The notes below the pieces were generated by a model. The model had not been told where the DNA came from and did not search any database. It saw only the letters and a program-made list of their open reading frames with translations. Both the position numbers and the translations under genes were made by a program. A stretch of DNA of 64,000 bases from contig JAZKCY010000001.1 in NCBI GenBank assembly GCA_040387855.1, positions 445,857 through 509,856 on the forward strand, given 5' to 3'. This DNA is from Patescibacteria group bacterium. GTDB taxonomy: Bacteria > Patescibacteriota > Minisyncoccia > Phycocordibacterales > JAKAEA01. This document shows, in pieces, positions 56,584-64,000 of the stretch; within the stretch, counting starts at the first letter, position 1; the number at the start of each line of letters is the position of its first letter.

Positions 56584-58245
56584 TTAATTCTTCTTCTTAA
56601 TAGCTTTTTTTATATCTTCAAATGTTCCTCCCACTTTTTTGCCGGGATTAAATATATTTGTAGGATCAAACATAGTTTTTGTTTGCTTGAATAGCTCAAC
56701 AATGTCTGGTCCAAATTGTTGCAAGAGATACGGCGTTCGGATAATTCCGTCATTGTGCTCTGCTGTAATAGAACCTTTATATTCTTTTACAAGATCGTAG
56801 ATTTTTCCAGAAAGCTCGAGAATAATATCTGCTGAAAACGGAGAGTTGAGATCCATCAATGGAATAATGTGGAAGTTTCCGTTGCCCAAGTGACCCTGAA
56901 CTGTATAGTCTAGTTTGTATTGATCAAGAAGAGCTTTTACTTTTGGTAGAAATTCTGGAAGGTACTGTGGCTTCACAATAATGTCATCAATAAATGGTGC
57001 TGTTCTTTTATTCTTAACATGTTTTCTAAGCAAGTTGAAACTCTCATGTCGGATTCTCCAATACTTCTCTGCCTCTCCGCTTGAGTGAGCGATATGCATA
57101 TGGAACCCAAAGTGTTTGATATGATCATATACTTCTTGAAGTTCGCGTCGTACTTCTTCTTCTGTCTCACCGGTAAACTCAATCATGAGAATAAGTTTAG
57201 GTACACCTCCAGCGGCAATCATCCATGTTTCAGGAAGAAACTGAAGTCCAAGTTTCATTGCTCCCCAGAATCCCAATTGCTTGAAGAAATCGAAGAAGAA
57301 TCGTACCGCAAGGATCATACTCTTATCATCGAAGGTTTCGAGACTATCAGGCTTAAAAGGCACAATTTCTGTAACGAGTTTACTTACATCATCAAGTGAT
57401 GGAAGGAATACTACTAATATATTAGAAAAAGGCTGTGTTGGAACTATTTTAAAGGTAATTTCAGATACTATTCCAAGTGTGCCCTGAGATCCAACAATAA
57501 GCTGACAGAGATCAAAAGTTCCAGTCTCTTTGTTGTAGACATTCCACAAATAATATCCAGCAGAATTTTTTGAAACATCAGGTTTTGCCGCAACTATTTT
57601 TTCATAGTTATTTTGAATAAGTGTATTGAGGTCTTTGTAAAGATTTGTTTCAAATTCTGATTGTGTGTTTTGACCAGCAATTTTTGCTTCAAGTTCTGAT
57701 TTGGTGAGTGGCTTTATAGAATACTCATTTCCGTCAGCTAAAACTACTTTAAGTGCATTTATGTAATTTTCTGTTTTACCGTATTTAATAGCTTTTTCAC
57801 CCCCACTATTATTACCCACCATTCCTCCTACTGCATTGATTTCTCGTGATGCAGTAAAAGCTGGCATGAATCGGTTTATCTTTTTTGTCTCAGCATCAAA
57901 ATCTCGATAAAAACATCCTGGCATTACTACTGCATATTCAGGAGTAACTTCCTTAATAACATTCATGTAGCGAGTAAAATCGACAATGATAGAACTACCA
58001 ATAGCTCCTCCAGACATGTCTGTCCCTGCTGATCGAGCTGTAATAGAAAGAGTTGGATCTTCTTTTTTATGAATATTCACCCATTTCACCATTGTTTTAA
58101 TATCCTCAGCATCCTTTGGATACAAAACTACACGTGGTCGAATTTCAAAAAGACTGGCGTCATGAGAATACGTATCAAGGGTTGTATCTAATCCATCAAT
58201 GTCACCTTTAAAATCAGGTTTAAGCGATTCAAAAATAGAATTCAT
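56584..58245 (-). CDS. FAD-linked oxidase (FAD_binding_4 plus FAD-oxidase C-terminal; GlcD / D-lactate dehydrogenase-like)
   Basis: N-terminal FAD-binding PCMH domain (SARSAGTDMSGGAIG) and a C-terminal oxidase domain. Confidence 0.7.
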   Translation of the reverse strand: MNSIFESLKPDFKGDIDGLDTTLDTYSHDASLFEIRPRVVLYPKDAEDIKTMVKWVNIHKKEDPTLSITARSAGTDMSGGAIGSSIIVDFTRYMNVIKEVTPEYAVVMPGCFYRDFDAETKKINRFMPAFTASREINAVGGMVGNNSGGEKAIKYGKTENYINALKVVLADGNEYSIKPLTKSELEAKIAGQNTQSEFETNLYKDLNTLIQNNYEKIVAAKPDVSKNSAGYYLWNVYNKETGTFDLCQLIVGSQGTLGIVSEITFKIVPTQPFSNILVVFLPSLDDVSKLVTEIVPFKPDSLETFDDKSMILAVRFFFDFFKQLGFWGAMKLGLQFLPETWMIAAGGVPKLILMIEFTGETEEEVRRELQEVYDHIKHFGFHMHIAHSSGEAEKYWRIRHESFNLLRKHVKNKRTAPFIDDIIVKPQYLPEFLPKVKALLDQYKLDYTVQGHLGNGNFHIIPLMDLNSPFSADIILELSGKIYDLVKEYKGSITAEHNDGIIRTPYLLQQFGPDIVELFKQTKTMFDPTNIFNPGKKVGGTFEDIKKAIKKKN

Positions 58246-58252
58246 GAAAAAA

Positions 58253-58477
58253 TTAATTAGGAATTATTTTATGCCAATTTGCTGCGAGGAAATCCTGCGC
58301 GTATGCCCAGCCATGTTGAGCCCCTTCGAGTGTCATTGTCCAAAAGTATTCTAAATTACTTCGTACAACTGGTCCTGAAAGAAGATTTTTAATATCAATA
58401 TTAAAATATCCCAAAATGATGAGTGCAATGACTACCAGAACTATGGTATCGATAAAGCCAGAAGATTTTCTGTTCAT
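58253..58477 (-). CDS. Hypothetical small membrane protein
   Basis: Start trimmed to the Met that abuts the upstream gene's stop; one TM. Confidence 0.3.
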   Translation of the reverse strand: MNRKSSGFIDTIVLVVIALIILGYFNIDIKNLLSGPVVRSNLEYFWTMTLEGAQHGWAYAQDFLAANWHKIIPN

Positions 58478-59775
58478 TAGAGGTATGATAGTGGGTTTAA
58501 ATACGCTTTCAAGTCGGCAATTGGCATAACATAGGTTCCTCCACATGCTGCACTTTTACGAGATACTATTTGTACACCTTGTGATGCGTATACAGTGAAA
58601 TGGAGATGCGGTCCTGTTGAGTATCCTGTGTTACCACTATAGCCTATCACATCTCCTGGATTCACGTTATCCCCTTTGCTCACCTGAATTGAGGATAAGT
58701 GAGCATACAGCGTTGAAAGACCATTGGTATGAGTAACCATTATCCATTTACCAAATGATGCACCAGGACATACCGTATCTGTATCACCTGATCCTGCAAC
58801 TGTTCCTACACCAGCTGACATAATTTTAGTTCCGACAGGAATTCCAATATCAATTCCGTTGTGACCTTTACCACTATAGGCATTGGTTGTTCGAGAAAAT
58901 GCAGTGTCACCGAATGTTTGAGTTACCGTTCGTTTTGCTGTGGGCCATGCGAGTACTCCAGGCTTTGCCCCAGGAATACTTGCTGGATCAATGGCAATTT
59001 TGAGCTGAGATTCAAAATTAAGAAGTTCTTTTTCGAAAGCTGCACGTGCTGCCTTTTTATTTGCAATTATAGTTTTATAATTTGATTCCTGATTTTTTGT
59101 CTGAGCTAAAACCTTATCTTTCTCATTTTTTGTTAATGTAACTGATGTTTTTTGACTTGAAAGATCAGACTGGAGTGTGAGTAATTCTTTTTTCTGGGCT
59201 TCAGTGAGCTGCTTATTTGTTTCAAGTCCTACTTTTAATTTTTGAAGCTCAAGTAGATGTTCTTGTATTTTTACTCTAAATTGTCCCTGTGTTTCTATTT
59301 CATTTGAAAAATCAGAAAGATTTCTATACTTAAACAGTGATTCAATAAGAGATACACTGTCATTTTCGCTCATTCGCTTAAGTGACTGTGCTAGTACCTC
59401 TCTACTACGCAAGATACTACTTTCTTGTTTTGAAATGTCAGATGTTAAAACCTGAATTTGGTTATTAGTCGTACCAATCTTAGTCTGTGTGAGTTCTATG
59501 TCTGTGGCTAGTTTTTTGCTGTTGAGATCAAGCTCTCTAATACTTCTTTGCAAGCTCAAAGCCTGGGCACTTGTTTTATCAAGTTCCTGGTTGTATTGAG
59601 CAATTTCTGCTTCAAGACGTTTTATAAGATCGCCATGAGTATCAATCTTGTTTTTTAAGTCTTCTACATCACTTGTTTGTGCCTGAGAATACTTAGCTAC
59701 AACAAAACTACCAATAGCAAACGTACTTATTAATATGAATATAAAAGATAGTAGAGCTTTACGATACATGAGCAA
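58477..59775 (-). CDS. M23 family metallopeptidase with N-terminal coiled coil (EnvC-like)
   Basis: Long coiled coil, then GHNGIDIGIPVGTKI...GYSGNTGYSTGPHLHF (the HxxxD...HxH LytM motifs). Confidence 0.8.
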   Translation of the reverse strand: MLMYRKALLSFIFILISTFAIGSFVVAKYSQAQTSDVEDLKNKIDTHGDLIKRLEAEIAQYNQELDKTSAQALSLQRSIRELDLNSKKLATDIELTQTKIGTTNNQIQVLTSDISKQESSILRSREVLAQSLKRMSENDSVSLIESLFKYRNLSDFSNEIETQGQFRVKIQEHLLELQKLKVGLETNKQLTEAQKKELLTLQSDLSSQKTSVTLTKNEKDKVLAQTKNQESNYKTIIANKKAARAAFEKELLNFESQLKIAIDPASIPGAKPGVLAWPTAKRTVTQTFGDTAFSRTTNAYSGKGHNGIDIGIPVGTKIMSAGVGTVAGSGDTDTVCPGASFGKWIMVTHTNGLSTLYAHLSSIQVSKGDNVNPGDVIGYSGNTGYSTGPHLHFTVYASQGVQIVSRKSAACGGTYVMPIADLKAYLNPLSYL

Positions 59776-61216
59776 CTTTTTCTAGTGCTCTCTTGAGACG
59801 AATGATGGTCTCTTCTTTTCCTAGTAATTCAGCAAGGACAAATGGATCTGGTGATTTGTCTTTTCCAGAAAGTGACACTCGTGTGGGCCACAATACTTCA
59901 CCTTTTCCTTCTTCAGTCGCATAATTCCAGAGAGCGTCTTTAATTATATCTTTTTTGAAGTTATTTTCATCCACAGTTTCAATAAGTTCAATCACTTTTT
60001 GCAAACGACGGCTTGTTGCATCAGTATCTACTGTTCCTTTCCAATACAACATTTCTGTTTTATACTCAGGTGCAGCAAAAACATAGTCTATTTCACCTGT
60101 TTCAATCATGGCACTTATTTCTCCAAAAGTATGAATTCGTTCAAGAATAATTGGAGTTATTTTTTCAAGCATATCTTGTGAAAGTTCTTTCTTTGCATCA
60201 AGTCTCTTCTTAACTTCAGCAATAACAGTCTCCTTTGGGAGCATAGTTATATACTCTTTATTGAACCACTTTAGTTTTTCTTCATTAAATTTCCCTCCAC
60301 TCACCTGAATTTTAGAAATATCAAATGTCTTTATGAGATCTTCTTGTGAAAAGACTTCCTGTTCTGTTCCTGGATTCCAGCCAATAAGTGCCAAAAAGTT
60401 CATCATTGCTTCTGGAAGCACTCCTTCATTTTTATAATCAAGAACATCTTTGGCACCATCGCGCTTTCCAAGCTTTTTCTTTCCATCTGGGCCCATAATT
60501 GGAGGTAGTGTCGCAAATGCTGGACGATCTATTCCAAGAGCATCATAAACAGATAAGAATTTTGGAGTTGAAGAAATAAATTCATCAGCTCGAAGAATGT
60601 GAGTTACACCCATTTCAAGATCATCAATAATGTGAGCAAAATTGTAGGTGGGATATCCATCACTCTTAATAAGAATAAAGTCATCAATGGCTTCTTCACC
60701 AGCTGTAAGTTCACCACGAACTAAATCAGTCCAAGCATGAGACTTTACTTCAGCTTTAATTCGCAATGGCTGTGTGCCATCCCATGCTGGAGGATTCTCT
60801 GGACGATATTCTCTATATAAAAATGGCTTTTTAGATTCCTCAGATTTTTTTCTGAATTCATCAAGCTGTTCTTTTGTATATGGATCTGCATATGCAAGAC
60901 CCTTGTCTACAAGAATCTGTGCATACTTTTTGTATGATTCTAATCGTTGAGACTGAATATATGGACCGTGCGGACCTCCAATATCAGGACCTTCTTGCCA
61001 TGTAATTCCAAGCCACTTTAAGGACTTTATAATGTGTTCAATAGATCCTTCTACTTCTCGTTCTTTATCTGTATCTTCGATTCGGAGGATGAAAGTACCA
61101 TTATTTTTCTTAGCAAAAAGCCATGCAAATAATGCTGTTCGTACGCTTCCCACATGCATAAATCCGGTAGGACTTGGGGCAAAACGTGTAACTACTGGTT
61201 TAGATTCTGAATTCAT
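59759..61216 (-). CDS. gltX: Glutamyl-tRNA synthetase
   Basis: RFAPSPTGFMHVGSVRTALFAW (HIGH region) and KLGKRDG (KMSKS-like). Confidence 0.9.
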   Translation of the reverse strand: MNSESKPVVTRFAPSPTGFMHVGSVRTALFAWLFAKKNNGTFILRIEDTDKEREVEGSIEHIIKSLKWLGITWQEGPDIGGPHGPYIQSQRLESYKKYAQILVDKGLAYADPYTKEQLDEFRKKSEESKKPFLYREYRPENPPAWDGTQPLRIKAEVKSHAWTDLVRGELTAGEEAIDDFILIKSDGYPTYNFAHIIDDLEMGVTHILRADEFISSTPKFLSVYDALGIDRPAFATLPPIMGPDGKKKLGKRDGAKDVLDYKNEGVLPEAMMNFLALIGWNPGTEQEVFSQEDLIKTFDISKIQVSGGKFNEEKLKWFNKEYITMLPKETVIAEVKKRLDAKKELSQDMLEKITPIILERIHTFGEISAMIETGEIDYVFAAPEYKTEMLYWKGTVDTDATSRRLQKVIELIETVDENNFKKDIIKDALWNYATEEGKGEVLWPTRVSLSGKDKSPDPFVLAELLGKEETIIRLKRALEKVAHVS

Positions 61217-61245
61217 AGACCTGTACTATACCACAACTATTTAAA

Positions 61246-61758
61246 TTAGGGATTGCTATAACAACCAGGTTGATCCCAATAACTTGTATATCCTGCACTT
61301 CCCATTCGCTCAGAAGTTGCACCACCACTACCCACACAAAAGTATGCGCCCTTACTTGGCAGCCATGCCATTACTGAGTAATAAGAATTAAAGTTTATTG
61401 CGGTTCCTATATGCAATTTATATTGACCACCTAATGGACTTGTTGCGGCAGAATTTGTAACAATAGCATTGCAAAGTTCTATCGCTTTTGCAGCATAGGT
61501 ACCAGCAATACCTATACCCGAACAAGAACCAACATCTGCCCATCCTTTCTGAAGGTTTGCATAACTTCCTGTGTCATTAAATTCTTGTTCCAATAAAGTA
61601 CGGTATTGGATAACTGCAGACTTTATCGCTGTATCTCGAGCCTTAAGTCGTGCTGTATTTAAACTAGCGAGCACCACAGATGAAAGCAATCCAATAATCG
61701 CTATTACTACTAATAGTTCTATGAGGGTAAAACCTTTTTGATTATTACGCTTACTCAT
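61246..61758 (-). CDS. Type IV pilin (prepilin with N-terminal methylation site)
   Basis: MSKRNNQKGFTLIELLVVIAIIGLL is the class III signal. Confidence 0.85.
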   Translation of the reverse strand: MSKRNNQKGFTLIELLVVIAIIGLLSSVVLASLNTARLKARDTAIKSAVIQYRTLLEQEFNDTGSYANLQKGWADVGSCSGIGIAGTYAAKAIELCNAIVTNSAATSPLGGQYKLHIGTAINFNSYYSVMAWLPSKGAYFCVGSGGATSERMGSAGYTSYWDQPGCYSNP

Positions 61759-62035
61759 TAGATGTATTCATTCTAACTCTATCTAATTCCATTTGACGAA
61801 TAACTTCAGGATTAGCATCTGGTGTACTTCTAATTCCAATTACAAAATACACAAAAATAAAAATAGAAAGAACTACACATGCAATAATAATTCCAATAAG
61901 TGTATGGTGCGCATACGCTTCTTTTACTCCCATTTTTTTAAGACCGCGAATCATTGCCGGAGTCTCAGGTGCTCCAAAGATCTTTCTTGATGAATACTGA
62001 TTAAGTTGTTCTTCAGATTCAAATTCTACAGACAT
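61751..62035 (-). CDS. Hypothetical small membrane protein
   Basis: One TM; no family recognised. Confidence 0.3.
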   Translation of the reverse strand: MSVEFESEEQLNQYSSRKIFGAPETPAMIRGLKKMGVKEAYAHHTLIGIIIACVVLSIFIFVYFVIGIRSTPDANPEVIRQMELDRVRMNTSNE

Positions 62036-62037
62036 GA

Positions 62038-63165
62038 TTATTTTTCGTGACTAAGTGCAATAGATACAATTTCTTTAGCAATAGTATGAGCTGCATCAGT
62101 GCGTGCAAACTTTTTTGCTGAGTCTACCATTTTTTGATGGAGACCTTCTTTAGTCATAATTCGTTCAACTTCTGCTGAAAGTATATGTCCAGTAAGATTA
62201 TTTTCTTCAATTACAACGCCTCCTCCTTCACGGGCATAGCTATATGCATTGTTGTGTTGATGATTGCCATTTGAACTAGAAATTGGAATGAGAATTGCTG
62301 GTACTCCCCAAACAGCAATTTCAAAGATTGTAGATCCTGCTCGAGAGATAATTACGTCAGCAATTCCTGCAAGCATTCGGAGTGTTAGACTATCAACATG
62401 ACCAACTGCGTGATAGCGGGTTTTGTTGGGATTGTTTTGTAGAATAACTTTTGCAGTTTCTTGAACTGGAATCAAATTGTTTTCTCCTGTTTGATGATAT
62501 ACCTGATATTTCTGTAAAAGTTGGGGTAATGCATCAATAATAGTTTCATTGATGATCTGTGAGCCTTGTGAGCCTCCTAGGATGAGAATTAATGGCAGAC
62601 TGTTGTCGAGTTTTAGAAATTCATGAGCACCTTCTCGAGCTGTATGGATAACTTCCTGACGAACAGGATTTCCCGTAAATGCAACTTTTTCTGGTTTGAA
62701 ATATTGTGCAGCATCTGGATATGATACGGCAACACGTTGTGCAAATTTTCCTGCCCATGCATTTACTCGTCCAGGTACACTATCTGATTCATGAATAACA
62801 ACAGGAATTCTTAAAAATCTCGCAGCAAAGAGTGCTGGAAAGCTTACGTATCCACCTTTTCCAAATACAACATCTGGGTAAATCCAAAAGAGTTTCCATA
62901 CTGCCTTAAATGCTCCCCATGCTGTCTTAAACATATCGAGATAATTCAATAAAGAAAAATATCGTCGAGACTTTCCTGCAGCACATGGTACAAATGTCAT
63001 CTTGTTTTCAAATAACAATTCGCGATCGTATGGCTGTGGTGCCATGTAAAACAAATGCACTTCTGCGAGCTTTTCTTCTTTAGCTATTTGATTGATTGCT
63101 TGAGCAACAGCAATTACTGGATAAAAGTGTCCACCCGAACCACCTCCTGTTAGCAGAATTTTCAT
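62038..63165 (-). CDS. murG: Undecaprenyldiphospho-muramoylpentapeptide beta-N-acetylglucosaminyltransferase
   Basis: MKILLTGGGSGGHFYPVIAVA plus the C-terminal GT-B domain. Confidence 0.9.
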   Translation of the reverse strand: MKILLTGGGSGGHFYPVIAVAQAINQIAKEEKLAEVHLFYMAPQPYDRELLFENKMTFVPCAAGKSRRYFSLLNYLDMFKTAWGAFKAVWKLFWIYPDVVFGKGGYVSFPALFAARFLRIPVVIHESDSVPGRVNAWAGKFAQRVAVSYPDAAQYFKPEKVAFTGNPVRQEVIHTAREGAHEFLKLDNSLPLILILGGSQGSQIINETIIDALPQLLQKYQVYHQTGENNLIPVQETAKVILQNNPNKTRYHAVGHVDSLTLRMLAGIADVIISRAGSTIFEIAVWGVPAILIPISSSNGNHQHNNAYSYAREGGGVVIEENNLTGHILSAEVERIMTKEGLHQKMVDSAKKFARTDAAHTIAKEIVSIALSHEK

Positions 63166-63180
63166 ATGAATATAGTATAG

Positions 63181-64000
63181 CTAAGTTTTTTGAAATTTAG
63201 AAATGCTTAAAATGATACCTGCTTCTGCCATAGCAAAAAGCATTGCCGATCCTCCATGACTTACGAATGTGAGAGGAATTCCTGTAAGCGGAATCACCCC
63301 AATCATGGCGCCCATATTTATAAACGCTTGAGCGATAATGATTGTTACCAATCCCACACACAGCGTCATTCCAAATGTATCAGGAATACGTGCTGCAATT
63401 TTAAACCCACGCATTGCATAAACTAAAAATAATACAATCAGAAGTACTCCTCCAATGAAGCCGAATTCTTCAGATGCTACTGCAAATATTGAATCTCCAA
63501 TTGGTTCTGGGAGAAAGTTGAACTTTTGAATACTCTGACCAAAACCTCTCCCAAATACTCCTCCCGATCCAATAGCAATCATGGACTGCTGAATTTGATA
63601 ACCAGAACCAAGGGCATCTCGTGATGGATCAATAAAAGTAAGGATTCGGCCCATAAGATATGGTCGCATAAGTGCAAGGAGTGCAATACCAGCTATAGCT
63701 CCTACAAACAATAGAAATACATACCTCCATTTACCTCCTGCAGAAACAAACATCGCAAGTAGTGATGCGAAAATTACCATGAATGTTCCGGTGTCTGGTT
63801 GCTTGAGAATCAGAGCACCACAAATAAAGAGAATAATAAACAATGGCAATGCTCCCCATTTAAATGTTGTAATTTTATCTTTAACTGCTGTAATCCATGC
63901 TGCAAAGTAGATTACCGCACCTAGTTTAAGCATTTCGGACGGTTGAAACGTATATGGTCCAATATGAATCCAACGTGATGCACCTCCGTGACTAAAACCA
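63181..64000 (-). CDS. ftsW: SEDS family peptidoglycan glycosyltransferase FtsW/RodA; N-terminus beyond the window end
   Basis: Polytopic, with C-terminal GGSAMLFAMAEAGIILSISKFQK. Upstream of murG as in dcw clusters. The in-frame sequence continues to position 64000. Confidence 0.7.
   Translation of the reverse strand, partial: GFSHGGASRWIHIGPYTFQPSEMLKLGAVIYFAAWITAVKDKITTFKWGALPLFIILFICGALILKQPDTGTFMVIFASLLAMFVSAGGKWRYVFLLFVGAIAGIALLALMRPYLMGRILTFIDPSRDALGSGYQIQQSMIAIGSGGVFGRGFGQSIQKFNFLPEPIGDSIFAVASEEFGFIGGVLLIVLFLVYAMRGFKIAARIPDTFGMTLCVGLVTIIIAQAFINMGAMIGVIPLTGIPLTFVSHGGSAMLFAMAEAGIILSISKFQKT

Noticed and set aside
1-64000. CRISPR array or cas genes
   Set aside because: No regularly spaced repeats of 25-40 bp and no Cas-like proteins were seen.

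Overview
The window reads as a low-GC (roughly 35% by eye) bacterial chromosomal segment. The gene content (short GspE/PilB-PilC, type IV pilin, sortase, PspC, double-domain GH130, many small secreted or membrane hypotheticals) suggests a Patescibacteria/CPR-like or similar small-genome organism; that is inference only. Housekeeping content includes rplU, rplI, rpmA, recR, dnaB, cysS, gltX, murG, ftsW, xseAB, ctpA and nrnA. There is a compact SOS operon (lexA with a perfect GAAC-N4-GTTC operator in its own promoter, two Nudix hydrolases, rarA, with dinB nearby), an ECF sigma/anti-sigma/sortase/PspC surface cluster, a cyt-b5 plus NOX/ferric-reductase pair, and a cupin plus two tandem double-GH130 proteins. 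Three things stand out. (1) A 1.6 kb tyrosine-recombinase element at 37.2-38.9 kb is bounded by ~60-bp direct repeats and sits at the 3' end of a VanW-like gene. Inside it, perfect 16-bp inverted repeats flank a small ORF, which makes it a candidate invertible switch. (2) At least seven short GC-rich islets (roughly 50-60% GC by eye) are embedded in the AT-rich backbone, each carrying one to three small genes and bounded by terminators. One encodes an outer-membrane beta-barrel-like lipoprotein. (3) A ~250-nt GC-rich, ORF-free, promoter-plus-terminator-delimited RNA-like leader lies upstream of a VanY-like peptidase gene. I did not recognise any rRNA, tRNA or CRISPR array. All GC values and domain assignments are by-eye estimates and need computation.
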